From: Longimicrobiales bacterium
GTDB taxonomy: Bacteria > Gemmatimonadota > Gemmatimonadetes > Longimicrobiales > Gaopeijiaceae
NCBI GenBank assembly: GCA_965249725.1
Contig: CBDFMQ010000002.1
Location: 2,016,001 to 2,080,000, forward strand
Direction: 5' to 3'
DNA: 64,000 nucleotides
The notes under the pieces were generated by a model that made no database searches, was not told the DNA's origin, and was given only the letters and a program-made list of their open reading frames with translations. This document shows positions 10,957 to 20,962 of the stretch, one piece after another. Position 1 is the first letter of the stretch; the number at the start of each line of letters is the position of its first letter. The translations under genes and the position numbers were made by a program.

Positions 10957-12234
10957 CTAGGACTCGGTTGTAGCGGACCCCTTCGTTGCCTCAGGCAAGA
11001 TGAGGCGGACGGCCCGGCGGTAGAACACGTAGTTCCAGGCCCAGTTGACCAACACCAGGGCCCTGTTCCGGAATCCGATGAGCCAGGCCAGATGGATGGT
11101 CAGCCACAGGACCCAGGCAGAGAGCCCGGTGAAGGACCTCCCCCAGACATCGGCCACTGCCGCATTCCGCCCCACCACCGCCAGCACCCCCAAGTCCTTG
11201 TAGACGAACGTCACCGGCGCCTTCCCTTCGAGGATCCGCGCGACGCTGTCCGCCGCGGTGCGGCCTTGCTGTAAAGCGACCTGAGCCACCTGTGGCAGAG
11301 GGGTTCCGTCGGCCTCGCGATAGGCCAGGTCACCGACCACGAACACCTCCGGGTAACCCGGCACCTGGAGCGTCGGGTCGACGGGTACCCGTCCAGAGGG
11401 CCCGGACGGGAGCCCCCACCGTACCGCCATCGGGTCGCCCTGCACTCCGGCTGCCCACACCACCGTGTGCGTCGGGAGTTCGCCGTGGCCGCTGGTCACG
11501 GCCGCATCCGGCCGAACCGCCAACACCCGTGACCCGGTGCGCACCGTCACGCCACGCTTCTCCAAGCGCGTACACGCATAGTCCTGCAAGCGCCTCGACA
11601 TGCCCGGCAGGAGCCGCTCCCCTCCCTCGAGGAGTGTCACATCGACGTCGTCGGGCGAAATCCCCCGGTAATCCTTCAGCAGCGGCCCGTAGATCAGCTC
11701 CGCCAGCGCGCCGGCATACTCCACCCCTGTGTGGCCGCCCCCCACGATAGCGAACCGGAGCAGAGCTCGACGCTCCTCACGATTCGAGCTCTGAGCCGCC
11801 CGCTCGAAACAGGCGAGCACGTGGTAGCGGAGCGGAATGGCGTCGTCCATCGTCCGGAGTGGAAACGAGTAGCTCGCTGCACCCTCGACACCAAAGAAAT
11901 TCGGTACGCTACCCGGAGCGAGCACCAGATAGTCGTATCCGAGGGAGCCACCCTCGGTGCCGATCTGCCTCTCGGCGAGATCGAGCGCCACGAGCTCGAT
12001 CTTCCGGAAATCGACCAGTGGCTCACGCCGGAAGAGACTACGGATAGGGTACGCGATCTCTCCAGGGCTGAGTTCGGCGGCGGCCACCTGATAGAGCAAG
12101 GGGAAGAACGTGTGGTAGTTGTTCCGGTCGAGCACGGTCACCGCTAGCCGATGCCGTACGAAGCGACGGGCGGCCCATAGACCGCCGAACCCCGCGCCCA
12201 CGACCACGATGCGAGGGGTTGATGGGCTATTCAC
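10957..12234 (-). CDS. ndh: Type II NADH dehydrogenase
   Basis: GAGFGG, PLLYQVA, GGG.TGVE.AG, GD and LIGFRNR motifs. Confidence 0.9.
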   Translation of the reverse strand: MNSPSTPRIVVVGAGFGGLWAARRFVRHRLAVTVLDRNNYHTFFPLLYQVAAAELSPGEIAYPIRSLFRREPLVDFRKIELVALDLAERQIGTEGGSLGYDYLVLAPGSVPNFFGVEGAASYSFPLRTMDDAIPLRYHVLACFERAAQSSNREERRALLRFAIVGGGHTGVEYAGALAELIYGPLLKDYRGISPDDVDVTLLEGGERLLPGMSRRLQDYACTRLEKRGVTVRTGSRVLAVRPDAAVTSGHGELPTHTVVWAAGVQGDPMAVRWGLPSGPSGRVPVDPTLQVPGYPEVFVVGDLAYREADGTPLPQVAQVALQQGRTAADSVARILEGKAPVTFVYKDLGVLAVVGRNAAVADVWGRSFTGLSAWVLWLTIHLAWLIGFRNRALVLVNWAWNYVFYRRAVRLILPEATKGSATTES

Positions 12235-12257
12235 GAGGGTCGCCTGCTCGGACTCCG

Positions 12258-13445
12258 TCAGTACTTGGGAAGGCTCGGATCGACGTAATCCGCCCAGGCG
12301 AGAACACCACCCGAGAGGTTGTCCACTCGACGGAAGCCCGCATCCACCAACGCACCGGCCGCCATGCGGCTGCGCGCCCCGGACCGGCAGTACACCACGA
12401 TATCGCGCTCGCCGGGCACCTCACCCATGCGTTGCGGTAGCTGGCCGAGCGGGACACGCACCTCTTCGAACTCGTTCAGGCTCACGATGTCCCACTCGTA
12501 GGGCTCCCGTACATCGAGCAGCAGCGGCGGATCGGAGCCGACGAGCCGCTCCTTGAGCTGTACGGCGTCGATCTCGCCGAAAGTGGCGGGCAGCTCCTGT
12601 CCCTCGTCCCGGGGCATATCATCCTCCGCGCGTATACCACAAAAGTCCTCGTAGTCGATCAGGCCCGTCTGGGTCGGTTCGTCGCCGCATACCGGGCAAT
12701 CGGGGTTTCGGCGCAACTCGACTTCCCTCCAAGTCAGGTCCATCGCGTCGAAGATGAGGAGCCGCCCGCTCAGTGAGGTACCGGTGCCGAGAATGAGCTT
12801 GATGACCTCCAACGCCTGCAACGAGCCTATGATGCCTGGAAGCACCCCCACCACTCCGGCCTCCGCACAGTTGGGCACCAGGCCCGGCGGGGGCGGCTCC
12901 CGGAAGAGGCAGCGGTAGCACGGCCCATCACCATGCCCGAAAACGGATACCTGCCCCTCCCATCGGAAGATCGAGCCGTAGACGTTCGGTTTGCCGAGAA
13001 GCACACAGGCGTCGTTCACCAGGTAGCGCGTCGGAAAGTTGTCTGTCCCGTCCACCACAACGTCGTAGGGCTCCAAGATCTCGAGCGCGTTGTCGGAGCT
13101 CAAGCGGACCGCGTGAGTGATGACGTCCACATGCGGGTTGATATCGGCCAGTCGGTCCTGGGCCGATGCGAGCTTCTTTCGGCCGATGTCCTTGGTGCCG
13201 TGCAAGATCTGTCGCTGGAGGTTGGACGCGTCGACCTCGTCGAAATCCACGAGCCCGAGCGTGCCGATTCCGGCTGCGGCGAGGTAGAGCGTGAGGGGCG
13301 AGCCGAGCCCGCCCGCTCCCACGACCAGAACGCGAGCGCCCTTGAGGCGCTGCTGTCCCGCGAGTCCCACCTCCGGGAGGGACAAATGACGGGCATATCG
13401 CGTCAACTCAGCCGGCTCGAGCTCGGGACTCCGCGGATCCGCCAC
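12258..13445 (-). CDS. moeB: MoeB/ThiF adenylyltransferase with C-terminal rhodanese (MoeZ-like)
   Basis: RYARH, GAGGLG, SNLQRQ, CYRC, CPVC and rhodanese CRSGARS motifs. Confidence 0.93.
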   Translation of the reverse strand: MADPRSPELEPAELTRYARHLSLPEVGLAGQQRLKGARVLVVGAGGLGSPLTLYLAAAGIGTLGLVDFDEVDASNLQRQILHGTKDIGRKKLASAQDRLADINPHVDVITHAVRLSSDNALEILEPYDVVVDGTDNFPTRYLVNDACVLLGKPNVYGSIFRWEGQVSVFGHGDGPCYRCLFREPPPPGLVPNCAEAGVVGVLPGIIGSLQALEVIKLILGTGTSLSGRLLIFDAMDLTWREVELRRNPDCPVCGDEPTQTGLIDYEDFCGIRAEDDMPRDEGQELPATFGEIDAVQLKERLVGSDPPLLLDVREPYEWDIVSLNEFEEVRVPLGQLPQRMGEVPGERDIVVYCRSGARSRMAAGALVDAGFRRVDNLSGGVLAWADYVDPSLPKY

Positions 13446-15631
13446 TACTGCTCCGACGGAAGGAAGCGGCGGCCTCCCAAGGCCGTCGTACGGAACGCCG
13501 CAGCCTCCTCGGCCAGTTCGTTGATCTGATCAGTGGGCACCCCCGCCAGCGCCGCTGCGTCGGCGAGTTGGACGAACAGAAACTGATAGTACAGGGGGAT
13601 ATTCAGCGTGCTGCGATCCTGCCAAATCTCCCGGTCACGGATGCCACGGTACTGATAGACGTCATTCACCAATGTGAGATTACGGTCGATGTCGAACCAC
13701 TCGCCTCCCATCCGCGGGGTCCCCTGGGCCCATCCCTCGGGCGCCTCGGCGCTCAGGTCGCGCATGACCAATTTGGTCGCGAGCCCGTGGCGGATGCCCC
13801 AGTCCTGCAAACCGAGATCACCCAACAAACCAGCCACGCTCGCGAAGTAGACCGGGCGCTTTCCGATGGAGTCGTGGATAAAGTTCAGCGCCAGACGATG
13901 GCCACGGTCCAAGTACGCCCCAGCCGGGTAGGTCACTACGACATCGCCGAGCGACAGGTCCAGATCCTCGGGAATTCGGCCCGACCCAACGGCATCGAGC
14001 ATCTCGTCGGTCGCGCCGGTGATGGCCGTTTCCGGCATCGAAGTGGAGGAGTACAGGCCTACCACGAACTCCTCGTTGAACGGCCGCTGTCGCTCCGGCT
14101 CGGTCCAGTCCCGGAGCTGCTTCGGATACCAGTCGGTATAGAGGTATTGGATGACGATGACGCTCACGTCCTTCCGAATCTCCTCGACCTCCTGCAGGTA
14201 CCAAAGCGGAAACGTGTCGTTGTCTCCGTTCGTGAAGAGGATTCCGTAGGGCTCTACGCTCATCAGAAGATCGTAGGCCCAATCCCGTGCGGCGTAGTCT
14301 CCGGTGCGATCGGCCCACGCCCAGTTGTACGCCAGCGGGATCAGGGCGATCAGGAAGACGGGAGCCGCCTTCTTGTACGCCGCGCCACCGCCCCAGTGCT
14401 CGGAGAGGGACGCCCAGAATCCCGCCAATCCGATCCCCGCCAGGTTGCCCCACAGAATGAAGCTGGCCACGAAGAAGTAGTCCCGTTCACGCACTTCGTG
14501 GGCGTACCTGTCCGCGATGTGAGGCGCGAGCGAGAACCCGTGCTTGAAGTTCAGGTAGACGACGAGCCCGAGTGTCAGCGTGGCGGTCAGGGCCACGAGA
14601 TACGCGAATATGTGCCGGTCGGCTCGCCACACTACTAGAAGGCCCATGAACCCCAAAGCCATGAAGAGCATGGTAGCCGGCAAGCGCGCGCCCATGGGGA
14701 GCGCACCGAGATCGGCCCCTCTCGCCCACTGCCAGTCGAAGTATTGGAAGTAGTTGAGCAGTTGATCTCGAAGCGGTGCCTGCCGCTCCGTGAGGGGCCG
14801 CTTGTCGTACTGTTCTCGACTCAATGAGGAGGCCAGGGCCTCACACCCGGCCTTCCCGTTGCTGTAGATGGCTACGGCCACCTCCCCGGCAGACGCACAC
14901 ACCGGATCTCCCTCGTTGATGATGGGGTCCTGAGCGGCGCGGATAGGGAGGAAGACGTTGAACGAGAGGCCCAGGATCACGAGCGGGAGCGCGCGGACCC
15001 AGAACCTCGATGTCAGCAGAACCGCGGGGCCCGCCAAGAGCACGAAGAGGCCGAAAGCCGGCGCCGGCAGCACCGACATGAGGTGGTTTGCGGCACCGAG
15101 AACCATCAGGTAGATCGCCAGAAGCAGCGCCCTCAGGCCGGCCGGTTCGTCCTGCCGGTCATACCATCGCAGCAGGAGCCAGGACACCGCCGCGAGGATG
15201 GCGACGCTCAACGTGTAGACCTTCTCGTTCACGTTGGACTGATTCCACACCGTGTAGGCCGTGGCTCCCATCAGGGCGCCGGAGGCGGCTCCAAGAATAG
15301 CCATCCATCGCTCTTCGACGACCTCGGAGAGGATGCGATGACCGATCATGAAGAAGAAGAAGGTCGCCGTCGCACTCGTCACAGCAGCCAACAGGTTGAT
15401 GCGGACCGCCACCGGGAACCCGAGGGGCGCCAACAGCAGGCTCCAAACGCGGGCTACGGAGACGAACAACGGATTCCCCGGTGGGTGGGGAATCCCCAGG
15501 AGATGGCCAGTGGTGATGTATTCGCTGGCGTCCCACCAGCCCGTCGTGGGTGCGAGGGTCAACGCGTAGAGGGCGAAGACCGCGGCCCCCATGACGGCGC
15601 CCGCTCGGTACGGCGGTCTATAGTCCGTCAT
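13445..15631 (-). CDS. DUF2723 / TMEM260-like membrane glycosyltransferase
   Basis: WWDASEY, GIPHPPGNPLF, EVRERDYFF and FTNGDNDTFPLWYLQEVE motifs, with multiple TM helices. Confidence 0.85.
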   Translation of the reverse strand: MTDYRPPYRAGAVMGAAVFALYALTLAPTTGWWDASEYITTGHLLGIPHPPGNPLFVSVARVWSLLLAPLGFPVAVRINLLAAVTSATATFFFFMIGHRILSEVVEERWMAILGAASGALMGATAYTVWNQSNVNEKVYTLSVAILAAVSWLLLRWYDRQDEPAGLRALLLAIYLMVLGAANHLMSVLPAPAFGLFVLLAGPAVLLTSRFWVRALPLVILGLSFNVFLPIRAAQDPIINEGDPVCASAGEVAVAIYSNGKAGCEALASSLSREQYDKRPLTERQAPLRDQLLNYFQYFDWQWARGADLGALPMGARLPATMLFMALGFMGLLVVWRADRHIFAYLVALTATLTLGLVVYLNFKHGFSLAPHIADRYAHEVRERDYFFVASFILWGNLAGIGLAGFWASLSEHWGGGAAYKKAAPVFLIALIPLAYNWAWADRTGDYAARDWAYDLLMSVEPYGILFTNGDNDTFPLWYLQEVEEIRKDVSVIVIQYLYTDWYPKQLRDWTEPERQRPFNEEFVVGLYSSTSMPETAITGATDEMLDAVGSGRIPEDLDLSLGDVVVTYPAGAYLDRGHRLALNFIHDSIGKRPVYFASVAGLLGDLGLQDWGIRHGLATKLVMRDLSAEAPEGWAQGTPRMGGEWFDIDRNLTLVNDVYQYRGIRDREIWQDRSTLNIPLYYQFLFVQLADAAALAGVPTDQINELAEEAAAFRTTALGGRRFLPSEQ

Positions 15632-15726
15632 CCCCTACCTTGGTGTGAGATGTGATGCGCGCGACCGGATTGGCAGGAACTTGTAGCCCATCGGCCCGCC
15701 ACGGTTCCGCTCCCCTACGGTCGGCG

Positions 15727-16998
15727 TCACGCGCCGGCCGGCAATCCCTCCCGACCTACCTGGTCGAGAAGCTCGAGGATTCGATCGAGATCCGAAGGTC
15801 GGTTGTAGATGTGGGTGGACAACCGCATCCAACCGTAGTCGTACTCCCCGATGACTCGCGTTCGGATCTTGGCCGTGCGACTCAAGTGCCTCTGCAGCGC
15901 CAGGGAATCGATACCCTCCATCTTGAACGACACCATCGCGGACGACAGAGCCTCATCCTCCGGCGACGCGATCTCCACTCCCGGCAGGCCCTTCAACTCT
16001 GTTTGGAGGAGTAAACGAAGGTGGCGTACCCGGTCCTCGATCCGGTCGACTCCGAGAACGCCGTGGAATTCGACGGCCGCCAGCAAACCGGCCAGGCGTG
16101 ACTCGTCGAACGTCCCGAAGTGGTTGAAGCGCTGTGCGCCGAGATCGAGGTCGTCCCAGCCACCGGAAGCGAGGGTGGGCCACAGTCGGGTCCGCCAGTC
16201 ACTCGTCATGTAGAGCAGTCCGGTTCCCTGGGGCGCCAGCAGCCATTTGTGAGGTGAGGACGCATAGAAGTCACCGCCCAGGTCGCGCAGGCTCACCCTG
16301 AGCATGCCGGGCGGGTGGGCACCATCTACCGCGAAGACGATCGCCCGGTCTCGACACTCCCGGGCCAACTCGGCGACGGGCAGCATCGTACCCGTCGTAA
16401 ACGTGACGTGGGAGAGCGCCAACACCCGAGTGCGGGGAGTCATCGCCTCCATCACGGCACCCAGCAGCTCATCCGACGAGCGGGCCGGAACAGGGATGTG
16501 CGCCGTGACCAGCGAAGCCCCGCGCCGGGTGCAGATCAACTCCCAGGGCTTGTACCCCCCGATGTGCTCATGGTCGGTGACGACGACCTCGTCACCAGCC
16601 TCCAATTCGAGACCATTGGCCACGAAGTTCATCGCCTCGGTGGTGTTCCTCGGAAAGACGAAGCCCTCCGGATCGGCATCCAGGAGCGCTCCCATGGCCC
16701 CCTTGAGGTCGTCCCAACGGACGCCAGGTGGATACGTGGCGGCGACACGTCGGGTGTGCTCGGCGACCGCCTCCACGACCACGCTGGGTGAAGGCCCCAA
16801 CGTCCCGTTGTTCAGATAGATGCGATCGCTGGGGATGAGGAACTGGCCTCGGACGAACTCCCAGAACTCCTCGTCAGCGGGGGCCCCACCCACCTGCAGG
16901 TCCCGGCCGAGCGCGGCAACGGCACGCGGCCAGGCCAGGGCCGCGGCCCCGGCGGTCTGAAGAAAGCTCCGTCGTCCGATGGTCATCGATCGGATCAT
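15727..16998 (-). CDS. Tat-exported class V PLP aminotransferase (isopenicillin-N epimerase-like)
   Basis: RRSFLQ Tat motif, YLNNGTLGP, DGAH and SPHKWL. Start trimmed to MIRSMT. Confidence 0.87.
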   Translation of the reverse strand: MIRSMTIGRRSFLQTAGAAALAWPRAVAALGRDLQVGGAPADEEFWEFVRGQFLIPSDRIYLNNGTLGPSPSVVVEAVAEHTRRVAATYPPGVRWDDLKGAMGALLDADPEGFVFPRNTTEAMNFVANGLELEAGDEVVVTDHEHIGGYKPWELICTRRGASLVTAHIPVPARSSDELLGAVMEAMTPRTRVLALSHVTFTTGTMLPVAELARECRDRAIVFAVDGAHPPGMLRVSLRDLGGDFYASSPHKWLLAPQGTGLLYMTSDWRTRLWPTLASGGWDDLDLGAQRFNHFGTFDESRLAGLLAAVEFHGVLGVDRIEDRVRHLRLLLQTELKGLPGVEIASPEDEALSSAMVSFKMEGIDSLALQRHLSRTAKIRTRVIGEYDYGWMRLSTHIYNRPSDLDRILELLDQVGREGLPAGA

Positions 16999-17090
16999 GT
17001 TCGACCCCCTGTGGGAGCGCAAGCCACGAGCGCAAGCGTGAAGACGGCAGGTGGCGGTCCCCTCCGCCCCGCTCTTAGCTTCTCGATCAC

Positions 17091-18188
17091 ATGGGTACCA
17101 TCCGAACATTCCGCGCGGTCAAGAGCTGGCTTACCGGCAAAACCGCCACACGCGAGTATGAGACGCTCTTGAACCGGGGAGACCGGCAAGTGCCCGCCTC
17201 GGTCATCGTGCCGCGCGGTGCGACTGGACAGTTGCCCGGGTGGATCGTGCTGCACGGCATCACCCGCCCGGGACGGTTCCACCCGAATCTCCTTCGCTTT
17301 GTCCGTGCTCTCGCGACGTCAGGCGTCGCGGTCCTGGTCCCGCAAGTGCCGGAATGGAAGAACCTGCGTTTAGCTCCCGAGGTGACACTCCCCACCATAC
17401 GGGGCGCTCTGGAGGGCCTACGCCGCCTCGACGCCACCAACGACGGTCCGTACGGGATCATCGGCTTTTCGTTCGGTGCGCCCCAGGTTCTGATAGCGGC
17501 ATCGCACGACGACGTGGCCGAGCAGTTGGGAGGCGCCGTGGGCTTTGGAGGCTACTGCGACATGGAGCGGATGGTGCACTTCCAGATGACTGGAGAGCAC
17601 GAATGGGAGGGGGTCACACACCGCCTTCGGCCTGATCCATATGGGAGATGGATCATCGGTGGCAATCACCTTACCTCGATCCCGGAGTACCGAGAGGCCG
17701 AAGATGTCGCTCAGGCGCTTTGGCGGCTGGCCGTGGAGGCCGGGGAGCGGCGCATCCTCGCCTGGGATCCTTCGTACGACGCTTTGAAGACCGAGCTGGC
17801 GACGCAGGTATCCTCCGAGCATCGGTGGCTCTTCGACCTGTTCGCTCCCCCATCCGATCGCGAGCCCGACCTGAGCGGGGCCCAGGACATCTCCCGACAG
17901 CTAGCGGTGGCCGTCAAGGAATCGTCGCCCCTGATGGATCCCACTCCCTACCTGACCAGCATCCGCACGCCGGTCCAACTCATCCATGGCGAGGACGATC
18001 AGCTCATCCCCTATACCGAGAGCCTGAGGATGCACGCCTCGCTCCGGGCAGAGCAGAGGGTAGAAACGACCATCACGGCCTTCTTCTCGCACTCGGATCA
18101 GGGGGGTCGCCTCTCGTCGCTCCGGCACGAGATCAGGGAAGGCCTCAAACTGGCGCGTACGCTCAATCGGGTACTGGGTATCGCCTGA
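17091..18188 (+). CDS. Alpha/beta hydrolase-fold protein
   Basis: LHG, GFSFGA nucleophile elbow and IHGEDDQLIP motifs. Confidence 0.8.
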   Translation: MGTIRTFRAVKSWLTGKTATREYETLLNRGDRQVPASVIVPRGATGQLPGWIVLHGITRPGRFHPNLLRFVRALATSGVAVLVPQVPEWKNLRLAPEVTLPTIRGALEGLRRLDATNDGPYGIIGFSFGAPQVLIAASHDDVAEQLGGAVGFGGYCDMERMVHFQMTGEHEWEGVTHRLRPDPYGRWIIGGNHLTSIPEYREAEDVAQALWRLAVEAGERRILAWDPSYDALKTELATQVSSEHRWLFDLFAPPSDREPDLSGAQDISRQLAVAVKESSPLMDPTPYLTSIRTPVQLIHGEDDQLIPYTESLRMHASLRAEQRVETTITAFFSHSDQGGRLSSLRHEIREGLKLARTLNRVLGIA

Positions 18189-18219
18189 CCCGATAGGTGC
18201 GGGTGCCGTGCCGTTGACC

Positions 18220-19788
18220 CTACTTGGCGGCGAGCACTTGTTGGACGACGGCTCGCACGTTGGCGTCCTTATCGTCCTTCGCCGCTTCCACCAGACTCAT
18301 GGCATGGGGCGTCCCGATCGAACCCAACGCCGACAACGCCGCCACACGAACTTCGAGGGTGGGCTTCGAGAAGAAGGACCCGACCGCACGCTTCTCGATC
18401 AGTGGCACCGCCGCCGGATCACCCAACTGACCTAAGGCCCGGACTACCTGTTCGATGACGAGGTCGTCGTCGCCATCCTCCAGGATCTTGAGCAGCGGCT
18501 TGAAGGCGCGTTCGGACTTCAACACCGCAACCGCTCGTGCTGCCGCCGTGCGCACGTCGGCATCCGCATCGCTGAGCATGCCCACGACCAACTGGGCCGC
18601 ATCCTCTCCCCCGATCCTCGCCAGGGAAAGCACCGTCTCGCGACGCACGCGCGGGTCCTCGTGGGCCAGAGTGCCTGTTAAATGGGCGATGCCGGTCTCG
18701 CCACCAACCTCGCCGAGCACCGCTACGCCATTCCTGACCACAAACCACCGAGAGTCCTCGAGCATCTCCTCGACGACGCGCATGCCCGACTGCCCGAGCG
18801 CCACGAGAGCACTCACGTAGGTCTTGCGAGCAAGCCGGTCGTTGGTCTCGGTGAGCGCGCCGGCGATGGCGGCTGCCATGGGGTCACCCAGCTTCGCGTA
18901 AGCGTGCACGAGACCTTCCCGCGCTCGCTCCTCACGAACGGCTCCCATCAGAATGGCCATCCGCATCTGAGTGGCGGCGTTCATCAGCTCGTTGGCCAGG
19001 GCCTCGGCATCCGGATCGGGCACTGGCTGGACGAGGAGGGCGTTCATCGCTCTAGCCAAGCCGTCGAGGGCGTTAGCCGCTCGTGCCTCTTCCGCCGCCG
19101 CCCGCACCGGATCGCTGAGCGCGGAGCGCTGGTCGGAAGTGCCCCTCAAATAGTCAGCGACGGCCCCTTCGAGTTGAAGCTCCACGGGTGTGCGAGGCTC
19201 CTCCTCGGGCTCGTCGACGGGGGCTTCCGACTCGATGCCTTCCGTAGTCAATTCCGGAAGCGCATCGACCTCGGGGGTCGGATCCTCGGCTGCTGTGTCA
19301 GGCTCGGCGGGCCCGTCGAACGCCAGGCCGGGTTCCTCGACCCCCGTCTCTACTGCGGCCTCCGGAAGCTCGGTGAAGTCCAACATCGGGTCCGGCTCGG
19401 GCGCCTCGTCGAGGTCCCCGTCGAGCTCCCCGTCGAGCTCCTCGTCGAGCTCGTCGGGCTCCGGGAGCTCGGCGAAACCCGCCATGGGATCCGGCTCAGA
19501 CATCTCGTCGGGCACCTCGTCGGGCACCTCGTCGGGCTTCTCGGGAGCCGGGAGTTCGGTGAATTCCGACGCGGGCTCGGGTTGGGCCAGATCCGCTACC
19601 GGAGGCTCGGCGAAGTCGAGGGCCGGCTCCGGCTCGGGCTCCGACACGGGCCCGGACTCAGGGTCGACCTGGACCGCGGCCGCGTCGGTAGACGGCATTA
19701 CTGCATCCCCCTCGGGCTCCACCTCGGCGAAGAGGGAGTCGATGGAGCGTGCCCATCCCTTGAGTTCGCGGTCGTCGTCTTGAGTCAC
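18220..19788 (-). CDS. HEAT-repeat protein with long acidic, repetitive N-terminus
   Basis: C-terminal PBS-lyase-type HEAT repeats (D.RVRR...LA.IG). The N-terminal ~200 aa are rich in E, D and P. Confidence 0.85.
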   Translation of the reverse strand: MTQDDDRELKGWARSIDSLFAEVEPEGDAVMPSTDAAAVQVDPESGPVSEPEPEPALDFAEPPVADLAQPEPASEFTELPAPEKPDEVPDEVPDEMSEPDPMAGFAELPEPDELDEELDGELDGDLDEAPEPDPMLDFTELPEAAVETGVEEPGLAFDGPAEPDTAAEDPTPEVDALPELTTEGIESEAPVDEPEEEPRTPVELQLEGAVADYLRGTSDQRSALSDPVRAAAEEARAANALDGLARAMNALLVQPVPDPDAEALANELMNAATQMRMAILMGAVREERAREGLVHAYAKLGDPMAAAIAGALTETNDRLARKTYVSALVALGQSGMRVVEEMLEDSRWFVVRNGVAVLGEVGGETGIAHLTGTLAHEDPRVRRETVLSLARIGGEDAAQLVVGMLSDADADVRTAAARAVAVLKSERAFKPLLKILEDGDDDLVIEQVVRALGQLGDPAAVPLIEKRAVGSFFSKPTLEVRVAALSALGSIGTPHAMSLVEAAKDDKDANVRAVVQQVLAAK

Positions 19789-19898
19789 GGGGCATCGGAT
19801 TGGGGGAACAATTGGCCAGCGTCGCCCAATTTAGGCCGCTTGTCGGCGGGGCGCGAGAATATTTCGACGAGCAGGTACTCAGGGCATGGGAACTGTCG

Positions 19899-20867
19899 TC
19901 AGATTTCCACGGTGGTCCCGAGTCCCACTTCCGCGGCAGCCTCCAGGATTCGACCCGCAGCCGCGACGTCCTGGGCGGCACTTCCAACGGACTTGAACAG
20001 GGTCACCTCGTCCGGACTCTCGCGTCCCGGGCGGTCTCCGCTTACCACCTCACCCAGCTCGGCATGAATGCGGTCGAGAGAAAACGCACCTTCTTCGATC
20101 GCCTGCACGAGGTCGCCGGCCTCCGCCATGACCGTGTCCCGAGAGTCCACCACCACTTTCGCGCGCTCGACCAGGACCGCGTCCAATTCTCTCATCTCGG
20201 GAGTGAACGCCCCCACCGCATTGACGTGCGCCCCCGCCTCGACGAGCGCCCCCGGAAACACGGGCCGACGACTGTCGGTGGCCGTCACGATGACGTGTGC
20301 CCCGGCTACCGCACGGCCCGGATCGTCCGTGACGGTCACCTCTACCCCATCGAGTTCGCCTGCCAGCTCCTCCGACTCCGAAAGGGACAGGGAGGCGATC
20401 CGCACCTCGGAGATGGGCCGAACCGCCCGCACGGCCTCGATCTGGGTGCGTGATTGAGGACCCGCGCCGAAGACCGCGAGCACCGAGGCATCATCCACAG
20501 CGAGGACCTCGGTAGCCAGGCCACTCGCCGCGCCGGTTCGCAGTGCGGTCAGGTGAGTCCCATCCATGAGAGCCGACGGCAGGCCGGTCTCGCTGTCCAA
20601 GACCAGCACCAAGGCGTTGATCACGGGCAAACCCCGCTCCCGGTTTCCCGTGAACACCGAGACGATCTTCGCTGCCAGATGCTCCCCGTCGGGCAGGTAC
20701 CCTGGCATGAACAGGCTCACGCCCTTGCCCGTTGATACGCCGAGCCGGTCGGGCACCACCGCGTCACCCGAGGAAAGCTGAGCAAACGCCGCCCTCATGG
20801 CGTCGATGGCCGCAGGCATGTCCATGCAGGCACGTATGTCGGCCGCTGTCAGGATTCGTAGTTGCAT
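19899..20867 (-). CDS. Ornithine cyclodeaminase / mu-crystallin family
   Basis: LTALRTGAASG, GAGPQ and LFKSVGSAAQD motifs. Confidence 0.92.
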   Translation of the reverse strand: MQLRILTAADIRACMDMPAAIDAMRAAFAQLSSGDAVVPDRLGVSTGKGVSLFMPGYLPDGEHLAAKIVSVFTGNRERGLPVINALVLVLDSETGLPSALMDGTHLTALRTGAASGLATEVLAVDDASVLAVFGAGPQSRTQIEAVRAVRPISEVRIASLSLSESEELAGELDGVEVTVTDDPGRAVAGAHVIVTATDSRRPVFPGALVEAGAHVNAVGAFTPEMRELDAVLVERAKVVVDSRDTVMAEAGDLVQAIEEGAFSLDRIHAELGEVVSGDRPGRESPDEVTLFKSVGSAAQDVAAAGRILEAAAEVGLGTTVEI

Positions 20868-20962
20868 GACATCCGTCCCGGAAGAAGGTTGGGCAAAGTC
20901 GTCCGTCCACGGCCTTTCAGCCAGAACCTCTAGCGAATCCCTCTCCGAGAGGACCTATCAAG

